Below, in pieces: positions 17,630 to 27,021 of a stretch of DNA of 47,463 nt. The stretch is from an uncultured Brevinema sp. Lineage in GTDB: Bacteria; Spirochaetota; Brevinematia; Brevinematales; Brevinemataceae. The notes below the pieces were generated by a model, which was not told where the DNA came from, made no database searches, and was given only the letters and a program-made list of their open reading frames with translations. Numbering within the stretch: the first letter of the stretch is position 1; each line of letters opens with the position of its first letter. The stretch lies in NCBI GenBank assembly GCA_947040475.1, contig CAMRBT010000001.1:1-47463 (forward strand). The letters are read 5' to 3'. The translations under genes were made by a program, and so were the position numbers.

Positions 17630-18799
17630 CTATGCCAGATCTGTATCTTTTACTGTAGAATCAATAATTACTGCTAAGGCTCCATCTCCTGTTACATTAC
17701 AAGCAGTACCAAAACTATCTTGAGTGAGATACAAACTAATAATCAATGCTGTCATTGGTTCAGTAAAACCTAAGTTACTTTGTAAGATACCAACAGCAGC
17801 CATTACTGCTCCTCCTGGCAATCCTGGTGCAGCAACTGTTATTATTCCTAATAATAACATAAATCCTAACATATCTGGTATAGATATAGGTATGCCTGAA
17901 ATTAATAAAATTGCAATTGAACAAGTAGTCAAAGTAGTCATAGACCCAGACAAATGAATATTAGCACATAAAGAAGCTACAAATTCAGCAATTTGTGGTC
18001 TAACACCATTCTTTTTAATTGCTTGAGCTGTTACAGGAATAGTAGCAGCAGAAGATTGAGTACCTACTGCTGTCATATAAGCAGGCAACATATTTTTAAT
18101 TAAGGTTACAGGATTCTTTTTTGCCATAGCTCCTGCAATAGTATACTGTACTGTTAATACTATCAAATGCAAACAAATAACTACAATAAACACCTTAGCA
18201 AAAATACCTATCACGACTACTACTTGACCAGAATAAGCCATCTGTGCAAACACACCAGCGATATGAATAGGAAGTAAAGGAATCACAATTGATTTAATAG
18301 TATCTGAGATAATGGCATGGAATTCTTGAAATCCATTTTTAAGAGCAGTGCTTTTTAATCCAGCAATACCAATCCCTAAAATAAAAGATAAAATAAGTGC
18401 TGTCATCACAGACATTAATGGAGGCATAGCCAATGTTAAATAAGGGGCAACAGATTTAGAGGCATCGGCTAATGTTGTAATAGTAATACCAGATAATAAT
18501 TTTGGTAAGATAGACATATCAACCATGACTACAGACATACCAACAAGTACGGTAGAACCATAAGATAATGCTACAGTAATACCTAATAATTTTTTGGCAC
18601 TACCTCCTAATTCGGCAATACCATAGGTGATAAAAGCCAAAATTAATAAAGGAATAACAAAGGATAAGAATGATCCAAAGAGACTATTAAAGGTAGCTAA
18701 TAATCTAACAAGTATTTCTACATTGCTTAGCCCCACTACTATCCCTATGGCTATACCCAATATTAACCTGACTAGCAGATTGTTTTTTATATTATTCAT
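17630..18799 (-). CDS. Dicarboxylate/amino acid:cation symporter family transporter (SstT-like)
   Basis: 389 aa polytopic protein. Motifs TQSSAATIPVT and the C-terminal ...DSFGTACNVTGDG are typical of the DAACS family. Confidence 0.8.
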   Translation of the reverse strand: MNNIKNNLLVRLILGIAIGIVVGLSNVEILVRLLATFNSLFGSFLSFVIPLLILAFITYGIAELGGSAKKLLGITVALSYGSTVLVGMSVVMVDMSILPKLLSGITITTLADASKSVAPYLTLAMPPLMSVMTALILSFILGIGIAGLKSTALKNGFQEFHAIISDTIKSIVIPLLPIHIAGVFAQMAYSGQVVVVIGIFAKVFIVVICLHLIVLTVQYTIAGAMAKKNPVTLIKNMLPAYMTAVGTQSSAATIPVTAQAIKKNGVRPQIAEFVASLCANIHLSGSMTTLTTCSIAILLISGIPISIPDMLGFMLLLGIITVAAPGLPGGAVMAAVGILQSNLGFTEPMTALIISLYLTQDSFGTACNVTGDGALAVIIDSTVKDTDLA

Positions 18800-18915
18800 A
18801 ACTAACTCCTTATTTATAATATCTATTATTATAACTTGATTTCAAATATTATACAATAATAAATTCTTTTGTCTCTCTAATATTTTGAGATATTGCCAAA
18901 ATCTCATTATAAGTA

Positions 18916-18944
18916 TTGCAATATATTGTACATTCTGTTATACT
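18916..18944 (+). promoter_or_regulatory. sigma70-type promoter for ileS-lspA
   Basis: TTGCAA (18916-21), 17-nt spacer, TATACT (18939-44). Confidence 0.5.
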
Positions 18945-18979
18945 AAAACAATATATTTTATTAAATGGAAAGGTGTGCT

Positions 18980-21724
18980 ATGAGTAAAAAGAATTCCTAC
19001 CCAGTCAATCTCCCCAAAACTAGTTTTGATATGAGAGCTGGATTAGTCAATAAAGAGCCTATAATGCTCGAAGAATGGGCTAAAAAAAACATTTACCAAA
19101 AACGATTAACTAAACAAGAAAAAGCTCCTACCTTTATTCTTCATGATGGTCCTCCTTATGCTAATGGAGATATTCATATAGGAACATCATTAAACAAAAT
19201 TTTAAAAGATGTCATTTGTCGTTACAAATATATGGAGGGATTTAATGTTCCTTTTATTCCAGGTTGGGATTGTCATGGACTTCCTATAGAACTAAACACG
19301 CTAAAAGCTTTGGGCAAAACTGCTGATTCTTTGACTCCTTTTGAAATTCGTGAAAAATCTCGAGAATATGCTCAAGACTTTGTCAACAAACAACGCAACA
19401 GTTTTAAGCGTCTTGGTGTACTTGCTGATTGGGATAATCCTTATCTCACCATGTCTAACGATTACGAAGCATCTATCATCGAAGCTTTTGGAAAATTAGT
19501 AGGAAATGGCTATATATATAGAGGACAAAGACCTATTTATTGGTCTCCAGATAGTAGAACAGCTCTTGCTGATGCTGAGGTAGAATATCACGATCATACT
19601 TCCCCTACTGTTTATACACTCTTCCCTATTGCTAACTTCAAAGATGTTAATTTACCAGAAAAATCTTATGTGATTATTTGGACTACTACTCCTTGGACTT
19701 TACCTGCTAACGTGGCTATTGCTTTTCATCCCGATGAAACTTACGAAGCTGTTACTATTAATTCTGGTATTACCATGATTCTTGGGTCTGCTTTAAAAGA
19801 ACAAATACTAGCTCTTACAGGAGCAACAGAAGTTTCAAGTAAATTAATTTCAAGAGCTGATTTAGAAAAATTACAAGTAATGCACCCTTGGATCAAAAGA
19901 GAATCCAAAGTAGTATTCGCTGATTATGTAACGATGGACGCAGGTACAGGTATTGTTCATACAGCACCTGGACATGGTACAGATGACTATCATACAGGAT
20001 TAAAATATAATTTAGAAATTTTATCTCCCGTTGATGACGAAGGACGCTTTACTGCTGAAGTACCAGAATGGCAAGGAGTCAAAGTCTTTGACGCCAATCC
20101 AAAAATCATAGAACATCTCAAAACATTAGGATTGTTATACTTTACCAAAGACATTGTTCACTCATATCCTCATGATTGGAGAACAAAAACTCCTGTTATT
20201 TTCCGTACAAAACCTCAATGGTTCTTCAAAGTTTCAGATCCTGAACTTTCTTCCAAAGCTTTAGTCGCAGTTTCTACTTCTGTAAAATGGATACCAGGTT
20301 GGGGTGAAGACAGAATCAAAAATATGCTCACGGATAGACCTGACTGGTGTGTATCACGCCAACGTAAATGGGGTGTACCAATACCTGCATTTTATTGTAA
20401 AAAATGTGAAGAAGCAGTTATCTCCGAAAAATTAGCAATGGATATTGCTGCTCGTGTCCGTACAGAAGGCTTAGCTTTTTGGATAGAAAACGATGCTAAA
20501 GCATTATTACCACAAGGGTTTACTTGTCCTCATTGTAATCATACCGAATTCACCAAAGAAGAAGATATTTTAGATGTTTGGTTTGATTCAGGATCTTCTC
20601 ATTATGCTGTTCTTAACAAAATTGATGCTTGCCCTGCAGATCTTTATTTTGAAGGAAATGATCAATATAGAGGTTGGTTCCAATCTTCTTTATGGAATAG
20701 TATGGCTATCAATGGACACCCTCCTTTTAAGACTGTCCTTACTCATGGTTGGGTATTAGACGAACTTGGTCATCAAATGCATAAATCTGCTGGAAATTCT
20801 GTATCACCATCAGAAGTTACTGACAAATTTGGTGCAGATATCCTTAGATTGTGGACAGTAACAGAAGATTACATGAAAGATCTCAGAATAGGCGATAATA
20901 TTATCCAAAAGACCGTAGATCTTTATAGAAAATTAAGAAATACTTTCCGTTATCTTTTAGGAACATTATTTGACTTTACTAGTGATGATCGCTTAACTTA
21001 TAATCAACTAACAAAGTTGGATCAGCATATGTTACATAAGCTGGCTACTTTGAAAACAAATTATAAAAAATATATGGATAATTACCAATTCCATAGAGCA
21101 TATAGAGAAATATTTAATTTTACTATTATTGATCTAAGTGGAGAATATTTTGATATTCTAAAAGATAGATTATATATTTCTAGCCCTAATGATCCTTCCA
21201 GAAAATCAGCACAAACAGTGCTTAGTTATCTTTTAGAAGAATTAACAGCTATGCTTTCACCAGTATTAGTATTTACTTGTGAAGAAGTTTATAGTCATGC
21301 TCCTTTCACCAAAAAAGAAGAGTCCATTCATTTGTTGATGACTAATGCTATCCCAAAAGAATGGGTTAATGATACTTTAGCTCAAGATTTTGAAATACTC
21401 AATACTATCAGAGAAGAATCTATGAAGCAATTACAAGTACTTCGTGATTCTGGCAAAATAGGATCATCTTTAGAAGGACAAATTTTTGTCAATTGTAACA
21501 AAGCTACTTTTGATAAAATCACCCCTTATATTAGTGATCTTACAGAAATGTTAATTGTTTCTTGTGTAGAATTAATAGAAAACGAACAAGAAGAAATAAC
21601 AATCACAGCACAAACAGCTCTTAGTTCCACCACACAAAAATGTGAGCGTTGTTGGAAAATCAAAGAAACTGTACAAGATGGGCTTTGTGAAAGTTGTACT
21701 TCTATAATTAAAGAATTCGAATAA
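18980..21724 (+). CDS. ileS: Isoleucine--tRNA ligase (bacterial type 1 with C-terminal Zn finger)
   Basis: Colinear with E. coli IleS (FILHDGPPYANG, GWDCHGLPIE, CVSRQRKWGVPIP, C-terminal CERCW...CESC). I prefer the ATG at 18980, which has GGAAAGG upstream, over 18965. Confidence 0.95.
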   Translation: MSKKNSYPVNLPKTSFDMRAGLVNKEPIMLEEWAKKNIYQKRLTKQEKAPTFILHDGPPYANGDIHIGTSLNKILKDVICRYKYMEGFNVPFIPGWDCHGLPIELNTLKALGKTADSLTPFEIREKSREYAQDFVNKQRNSFKRLGVLADWDNPYLTMSNDYEASIIEAFGKLVGNGYIYRGQRPIYWSPDSRTALADAEVEYHDHTSPTVYTLFPIANFKDVNLPEKSYVIIWTTTPWTLPANVAIAFHPDETYEAVTINSGITMILGSALKEQILALTGATEVSSKLISRADLEKLQVMHPWIKRESKVVFADYVTMDAGTGIVHTAPGHGTDDYHTGLKYNLEILSPVDDEGRFTAEVPEWQGVKVFDANPKIIEHLKTLGLLYFTKDIVHSYPHDWRTKTPVIFRTKPQWFFKVSDPELSSKALVAVSTSVKWIPGWGEDRIKNMLTDRPDWCVSRQRKWGVPIPAFYCKKCEEAVISEKLAMDIAARVRTEGLAFWIENDAKALLPQGFTCPHCNHTEFTKEEDILDVWFDSGSSHYAVLNKIDACPADLYFEGNDQYRGWFQSSLWNSMAINGHPPFKTVLTHGWVLDELGHQMHKSAGNSVSPSEVTDKFGADILRLWTVTEDYMKDLRIGDNIIQKTVDLYRKLRNTFRYLLGTLFDFTSDDRLTYNQLTKLDQHMLHKLATLKTNYKKYMDNYQFHRAYREIFNFTIIDLSGEYFDILKDRLYISSPNDPSRKSAQTVLSYLLEELTAMLSPVLVFTCEEVYSHAPFTKKEESIHLLMTNAIPKEWVNDTLAQDFEILNTIREESMKQLQVLRDSGKIGSSLEGQIFVNCNKATFDKITPYISDLTEMLIVSCVELIENEQEEITITAQTALSSTTQKCERCWKIKETVQDGLCESCTSIIKEFE

Positions 21725-21733
21725 GAGGTTAAG

Positions 21734-22288
21734 ATGACAAATAAAAAATACAATATATTATTAATAGCCATTGTTTTGGGGACTTTTAGTATAGATATGT
21801 ATAGCAAATGGCTAATTTTACAAACTTTTAATTATCAGCCCTACCCTCTCAGTAATTCACTTTCTATTATTGATATTTATTTCAAATTGACTTACGTTCA
21901 AAATTTTGGAATTACTTTTGGATTATTGAGTAATTTACCACAAAAATATACAGTAGTTATTCTTTCTGTAACCTCCTCTGTTGCCTTAGTTATATTAGGA
22001 TATTTTTACCTCAATATCACCAAACTCCTCAAAGAAGTTGCAGTCCCAGCTGGTAAGATAGCTTTAGCGATGATTTTTGGTGGAGCTTTAGGAAATATTA
22101 TTGATAGAATGATTAGAGGATTTGTTGTTGACTTTTTAGACTTCGGAATTCCTACCTATCGTTGGTATACTTTTAATTTTGCTGATGTCTTTATTGTATC
22201 AGGTTGTATTTTATTATCTATCCTTATCATGTTCTTTGAAATTAAAAAAGTAAAGCTTGCTAAAAAAACTGATACCCCAGTATCATAA
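21734..22288 (+). CDS. lspA: Lipoprotein signal peptidase (signal peptidase II)
   Basis: Motifs GGALGNIIDR and FNFADVFIVSG. The ileS-lspA synteny is classic. Confidence 0.9.
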   Translation: MTNKKYNILLIAIVLGTFSIDMYSKWLILQTFNYQPYPLSNSLSIIDIYFKLTYVQNFGITFGLLSNLPQKYTVVILSVTSSVALVILGYFYLNITKLLKEVAVPAGKIALAMIFGGALGNIIDRMIRGFVVDFLDFGIPTYRWYTFNFADVFIVSGCILLSILIMFFEIKKVKLAKKTDTPVS

Positions 22289-22316
22289 AACAATTAAACA
22301 ATTTTTGAATAAAAAA

Positions 22317-22342
22317 AGAGAGCATATAGCTCTCTTTTTTTT
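22317..22342. terminator. Bidirectional terminator between lspA and the SpoIID-like gene
   Basis: Stem agagagc/gctctct (22317-22335) flanked by A7 and T8. Confidence 0.8.
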
Positions 22343-22356
22343 GTTAGAATATTTTA

Positions 22357-23466
22357 TTAATATATTTTTTTTAAGCGTGTTCCTTGATAAAAATGGCTTA
22401 GTATCTGAGAATAATTAGCTCCTCTACGGGCTAACTCCTCAGCTTCCCATTGTCCCATACCCACACCATGTCCATAACCAGAACCTTTAATCACGAGATT
22501 TCCCGATTTTGAAATACCCATTTGAGCTCTTGTACTTTTCATATTACTATAGCCCATTTTAGCTCTAAAATGATCCCCACGGACAGAAGTGATTTTACCT
22601 TTGGTATCTTTAATATTGATCTTATTAATACGACCAGAAGTAGAACGAGACGCAACATTTACCGATTTAATTGTAGTAGTTTTGTACTGTTGTTGTATTT
22701 TTTTTAGAGGAACTTGTATAGCCCATGAACTATTTGGATTTTTTTTAGAAGTATATGATTTCACAGGTTTTAAGTAAGGTTTATTATCACCAATCTCATA
22801 TCCAGCGGCACTCATACCACCTATAGAAGAAGAAAAATATGATTTTATCAAAGTCCCTTTATAAGTCAATACCTGACCTTTAGTAGCTAATACTGCTCTC
22901 GAAGTGTTTCTATGTTCTTCTTGAACACCCTTGTAAACCTGAGATCTTGTATCACTGAAAACATCGAATTTTCTATTTTTATTACGCCTACTACGCTGTA
23001 TTTCGAACAAGGCATAAGTCCTAGCCGCAATAGCTTGAGCTTTTAGTGTTTCATGATTCCACGATTTATATACTTCAGATGGGACAACACTTAATAAATA
23101 CCGTTCTAATTCTACATTATTGACCAAACTAAGTCCGTTTTTTTCTCTATGGACAATAAAAGCACCTCTATAAGTGCGTCTATTAACAGAAAAAGATGAG
23201 CTCCCTAAAACCTCTATACTTTGTGCTTTTAATAATTTATTATTGAGTAAAATTCCTTGTTTGTGAAATTTAATATCTAAATTTCCTTTGTGAGAAACTT
23301 TTTTATCATTCGCAACAAGAACATAATTATCTTTTAAAAATATTTTGTAGCTTTTACTCGTACCTAAAAGAACTCTTGTTTGTATTTTTTTTGATGGACT
23401 TGCTGAGTGAGAAACATTTGATAAAATCAATGATACAAATAATACAATATAGAATTTTTTTAACAT
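22357..23466 (-). CDS. SpoIID/LytB-domain protein (peptidoglycan lytic-transglycosylase/amidase-enhancer family), secreted
   Basis: Motifs AQAIAARTYAL, DTRSQVYKG and SYFSSSIGGMS. I prefer the ATG at 23466 with AGGAAG upstream, which gives a signal peptide MLKKFYIVLFVSLILS. Confidence 0.8.
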   Translation of the reverse strand: MLKKFYIVLFVSLILSNVSHSASPSKKIQTRVLLGTSKSYKIFLKDNYVLVANDKKVSHKGNLDIKFHKQGILLNNKLLKAQSIEVLGSSSFSVNRRTYRGAFIVHREKNGLSLVNNVELERYLLSVVPSEVYKSWNHETLKAQAIAARTYALFEIQRSRRNKNRKFDVFSDTRSQVYKGVQEEHRNTSRAVLATKGQVLTYKGTLIKSYFSSSIGGMSAAGYEIGDNKPYLKPVKSYTSKKNPNSSWAIQVPLKKIQQQYKTTTIKSVNVASRSTSGRINKINIKDTKGKITSVRGDHFRAKMGYSNMKSTRAQMGISKSGNLVIKGSGYGHGVGMGQWEAEELARRGANYSQILSHFYQGTRLKKIY

Positions 23467-23529
23467 ACATCTTCCTAAAAATAGATAAAGATATATCGAC
23501 AAGAGCAAGGTACAAACTGAAGAAAATTG

Positions 23530-24132
23530 CTAAAATAACTGGGAGAGGATATCTTGGATTTGGCTATAAAGATAAGATGTTTCACCATCATTATTAAGGA
23601 CAAAATCGGCTAAGTATTTGTGATTTTTAATGTCTTCTTGGGACGCAAGCACATGATCTATCCAAGCGCTAGTATGCCCTCTTTTGAGTAGACGAGGATA
23701 AAGAATATCGTGGGACATCTCTATATAGATAAGATGAGTATAAGGAATACTATCTCTCACTTTATAAAAAAAAGCACCCTCTATAATAGTATGATTGTTA
23801 TTTTGAGCTAATAGTTGATTAGTTTTTTGAATAATAATAGGATGAGAAAATTCTACTAATTTGGATAATTCTTGAGGATTGTTAAAAACCAAATCCCCAA
23901 GTTTTTTTCTATTAATAGTACCTTGTTCCATGATCTTATCGCCAAACAAAAGCACTAAATCATCACTATATTCATTAATTACCTGATGCCCTAAAAGATC
24001 TTGATTTATATAATTCCATTGATGTGATTCAAAAGTCTTTGATTCAAAAATGTTTGATTCAAAAAATTGAGAGACGGTGCTTTTTCCTGTCCCTACCTGT
24101 CCATAAAGACCTATGATATATCGCTTATTCAT
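23530..24132 (-). CDS. coaE: Dephospho-CoA kinase
   Basis: P-loop GLYGQVGTGKST and overall CoaE length and layout. The ATG at 24132 overlaps the upstream stop by 8 nt. Confidence 0.75.
   Translation of the reverse strand: MNKRYIIGLYGQVGTGKSTVSQFFESNIFESKTFESHQWNYINQDLLGHQVINEYSDDLVLLFGDKIMEQGTINRKKLGDLVFNNPQELSKLVEFSHPIIIQKTNQLLAQNNNHTIIEGAFFYKVRDSIPYTHLIYIEMSHDILYPRLLKRGHTSAWIDHVLASQEDIKNHKYLADFVLNNDGETSYLYSQIQDILSQLF
24026..24070 (-). repeat. In-frame 15-nt tandem repeat x3 inside coaE
   Basis: Plus-strand units gattcaaaagtcttt / gattcaaaaatgttt / gattcaaaaaattga encode QFFES-NIFES-KTFES directly after the P-loop. Confidence 0.9.
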
Positions 24133-26233
24133 CTTTTTCTTCGACGATAGTAGGGAAGAACATTTCTTGTAAGTCAATAGCTTTTTTTATAGGAGTGGGC
24201 ACATAATATCCACTAGACACTACACCACTCACGCCAAAACGCTCTAATTTTAGAACAGTATCTATCCACGCATCTGGAGTACTAGAATAGTCATGTCCTG
24301 TATATTCTACGAGATACTCTAAAGGTGGAGCATTTTTAATAAGAGCATGTAAATCCATAATCTGTTCTGCATTTTTATTCGCTTGAAAATATTTACCATG
24401 AGAATCTTCCGCTATTTTTTGCCAAAATTCTATATTTTGAGTACCAAAATTAATTACATAAATAGGAATACTATTTTGATCCGCATAAGTATTAACAACA
24501 TCTGCACCATATTCTGAAAAAGAATCTTGATAGCCTTCCCCTGAAGTAAAGACAATAATAGCTCTATTTCTAAAATTATTTAATAAAGAAGTCACCGAAT
24601 CATAAATAGGAACATCCCAAGAGATTGGAATTTCAGATTTTGATTGATAATTCGTTATAGATGCCCATATTTTTGAAACACTAGCTGCTTGGAAGTCTGA
24701 CCTATATGTCTTATCATCTACAAAAGTAAGCCCTACTTCGTCAGCACCTGAGGTATTACTTAAAAAAGTTTTTAAATAATATTCTAATTGAGGAAGATAA
24801 GCTTCTGCTGCTAAACTTTTATCAATGACTAGCGATAATCTCATATTTTTTCTATATTTGTTAATACCCTCGACTAACAATTCTGATATAGGTTGATCAA
24901 ATTCTGTGATTGATAACTCTTCTTTAGAAAGTCCTGTAATAGGAGATCCATCTTTATTTCTAGCTCTCACCACAGAATAAATATAAGGATAATTATCTGT
25001 GAGGACTTGTGGTATTTCTATACTAATATTGCCATATATTCCTTGAAGTGGGGTGTAAATAGCAATTTTTTCACTATTAAAATCGGTACGCCACACGATT
25101 TTGTCTTTGTCTTTAACCATATCGAATGGAGTGACTAATTTATCCCCAGTAACAAAAGAACTGGTCGTTTTAGTGATGGTATTATAAATATAAAGATATC
25201 CCGTTGCATCAGAAATATATAATTTATCATCTTCTAAAAACAAACCTCTAGGCTCTTTTAAAAATTCTTGTCCAATATTAGTGATAAAATTACCATCAGT
25301 ATCAAATAAAACTAAACGCCCTTGATTGTTTTTACTTATATCAGTTACATAAATAATATTTTCTGTTACTACTATATCCGTTGGTCTATATAAATATCTT
25401 TCGCCAAAAGAATACACATGAGATCCATCAGGAAGAAATTTTTGTATTCTATTATTACCATTATCAGCAATATAAAGATATTGATCTTGAGAAATTGCTA
25501 GTCCCATAGGTCCTGATATTTGATTTGATAGAGATCCTGTCTCCCCAAAACTAAAAGCCATTGTCCCAAAACTATTTCTATTGAAGGCGAATATTTTATT
25601 TTTTTTATAATCAGCAACATATAATAAATCATCAAAAATTGCCAAGCCCATAGGCATCTCTAAAAGAGAAGGCATAAACAAACGAGATCCATATTTGCCG
25701 ACGATGGTATTTGCACTATTCATAACTACTACTTGTTTTTTTCCTATGGAAGACACATATTTTAGGTCTCTATTACTATCATAAGTAACAAAAGATGTTC
25801 TAAAAATATCATGTCCCCCTTGAATAAATCCATCATAGTATTCTCTAAAAATATAAGGATTTTCATATTCATAGCCTTTGTCTAAAGCAATTTTAAAATA
25901 CAGTGTGTTAAGTTGCTCTATTACTTGATGATCGGCAACCCCTAAACGCACCAACTCTTCCCAAGTTCTTATGGCACTTTGAGCATATCCTGCATATAAA
26001 TAAGCCAAACCTAAACGGTATTTTGCAGCATGATTTAAAGGTTCGTAAGATAAAGACAATTCAAAAGCTTGAATAGCAGCAGCGTATTTTCTTTCGTTAA
26101 AAAGTGTGATTCCATTTTTCATTTCTTGTGTAGAAATACTTACATTAACGACATTTTGTGTATATGTAGGCACAAAAAAAGTAATGCTAATAAAAAATAG
26201 GACATTGTAAATTATTTTTTTCAAGATTTTCAC
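24125..26233 (-). CDS. Secreted TPR + NHL-repeat beta-propeller + vWA-like domain protein
   Basis: Signal peptide, then TPR-like helices (AAIQAFELSLSYEP...AKYRLGLAYLYAGY). Repeated NHL-like blades follow (LYVADYKKNKIFAF, LYIADNGNNRIQKF, IYVTDISKNNQGRLVLFD, LYISDATGYLYIYN). The C-terminal region is vWA-like (LSLVIDKSLA..., AIIVFTSGEG, IPIYVINFG). Confidence 0.65.
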   Translation of the reverse strand: MKILKKIIYNVLFFISITFFVPTYTQNVVNVSISTQEMKNGITLFNERKYAAAIQAFELSLSYEPLNHAAKYRLGLAYLYAGYAQSAIRTWEELVRLGVADHQVIEQLNTLYFKIALDKGYEYENPYIFREYYDGFIQGGHDIFRTSFVTYDSNRDLKYVSSIGKKQVVVMNSANTIVGKYGSRLFMPSLLEMPMGLAIFDDLLYVADYKKNKIFAFNRNSFGTMAFSFGETGSLSNQISGPMGLAISQDQYLYIADNGNNRIQKFLPDGSHVYSFGERYLYRPTDIVVTENIIYVTDISKNNQGRLVLFDTDGNFITNIGQEFLKEPRGLFLEDDKLYISDATGYLYIYNTITKTTSSFVTGDKLVTPFDMVKDKDKIVWRTDFNSEKIAIYTPLQGIYGNISIEIPQVLTDNYPYIYSVVRARNKDGSPITGLSKEELSITEFDQPISELLVEGINKYRKNMRLSLVIDKSLAAEAYLPQLEYYLKTFLSNTSGADEVGLTFVDDKTYRSDFQAASVSKIWASITNYQSKSEIPISWDVPIYDSVTSLLNNFRNRAIIVFTSGEGYQDSFSEYGADVVNTYADQNSIPIYVINFGTQNIEFWQKIAEDSHGKYFQANKNAEQIMDLHALIKNAPPLEYLVEYTGHDYSSTPDAWIDTVLKLERFGVSGVVSSGYYVPTPIKKAIDLQEMFFPTIVEEKDE

Positions 26234-26358
26234 CCTTCATTTCTATATTATAGATATCATATTATATAATATAATAGAGAAATAATACAATTTTGTACCT
26301 AAACACATTTAATAATAAACCGATATAAAGTTATTATTTTATAAATACGAGGACTACC

Positions 26359-26832
26359 ATGACATTTAGATATTTTTCTATCATTATATTTAGCTCTATA
26401 ATGATACTACAAAGCACATCTCTCTATAGCCAAAATCTTGTTTCTAAAAAAATTCCTTCCCTAAATATTACATCTGGGTCTATTTTTGATCAATTACAAG
26501 AAACTATTTGGGTCGCCTCAGATATCAAAAATAATACTGATCTCTATGTTGTTTTTAATAACAACAGGTACGGAAGAAAAGCTGTTTTACGAGGAACACC
26601 CCCAACTTACCCCTCAGAAGTACACCCTATAAAATTTGTTAAAACGGGAAGACTTGCTAATTCAGGGATTTTTATTGTTCCTTCTCAAGACAAAATATTA
26701 TATTATTCTTTTGTTTTTCTCAATCCCTATTATTTATTAATATCACCGGGATATAATAAAATAGAGCCTTTATTAAAACTTGAAATTCCAGAATATTTGA
26801 CAGATGGTTATATTTTACAATTAGTATATTAA
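26359..26832 (+). CDS. Hypothetical secreted protein (157 aa)
   Basis: N-terminal hydrophobic signal sequence. No family recognised. Confidence 0.5.
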   Translation: MTFRYFSIIIFSSIMILQSTSLYSQNLVSKKIPSLNITSGSIFDQLQETIWVASDIKNNTDLYVVFNNNRYGRKAVLRGTPPTYPSEVHPIKFVKTGRLANSGIFIVPSQDKILYYSFVFLNPYYLLISPGYNKIEPLLKLEIPEYLTDGYILQLVY

Positions 26833-26899
26833 AAATGACAAAAAAATATTATTAGTTGAAAATGCTTGATAAGATAATATATAATAAGATAAGATAAAA

Positions 26900-26930
26900 A
26901 CAGACAATAAACATTTATTGTCTGTTTTTT
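26900..26930 (+). terminator. Rho-independent terminator
   Basis: 11-bp stem acagacaataa/ttattgtctgt (26900-26925) followed by a T-tract. Confidence 0.8.
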
Positions 26931-26951
26931 TGTCATTTTTTTTAAAAAGTG

Positions 26952-26980
26952 TTGACATTTTGATCAATATGATGTAAGAT
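26952..26980 (+). promoter_or_regulatory. Strong sigma70-type promoter for the 290-aa putative outer-membrane protein gene
   Basis: TTGACA (26952-57), 17-nt spacer, TAAGAT (26975-80). An SD AGGAGG lies before the ATG at 27022. Confidence 0.6.
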
Positions 26981-27021
26981 ATCCCATAGGGTTTAATTAA
27001 TATAACACATAGGAGGCAAAA

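Noticed and set aside
18884-18897. 14-mer TTTGAGATATTGCC identical to 15304-15317, seen upstream of both ileS and flaB1
   Set aside because: A single shared 14-mer is within chance expectation for an AT-rich window of this size when both strands are considered. Both copies simply contain a TTGAGA -35-like hexamer. I kept it only as a reason for caution about the sigma28 reading of the flaB1 promoter.
18800-18979. Possible T-box or other leader riboswitch upstream of ileS
   Set aside because: The leader from the best promoter is only about 35 nt. I found no specifier/antiterminator-type conserved T-box sequence and no long structured region.
26831-26940. Long-range inverted repeat aaaaatgacaaaaaaa / tttttttgtcattttt enclosing the terminator at 26900-26925
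   Set aside because: The arms are almost pure homopolymer A/T plus a 5-nt core, so the significance is low. The inner hairpin alone explains termination.
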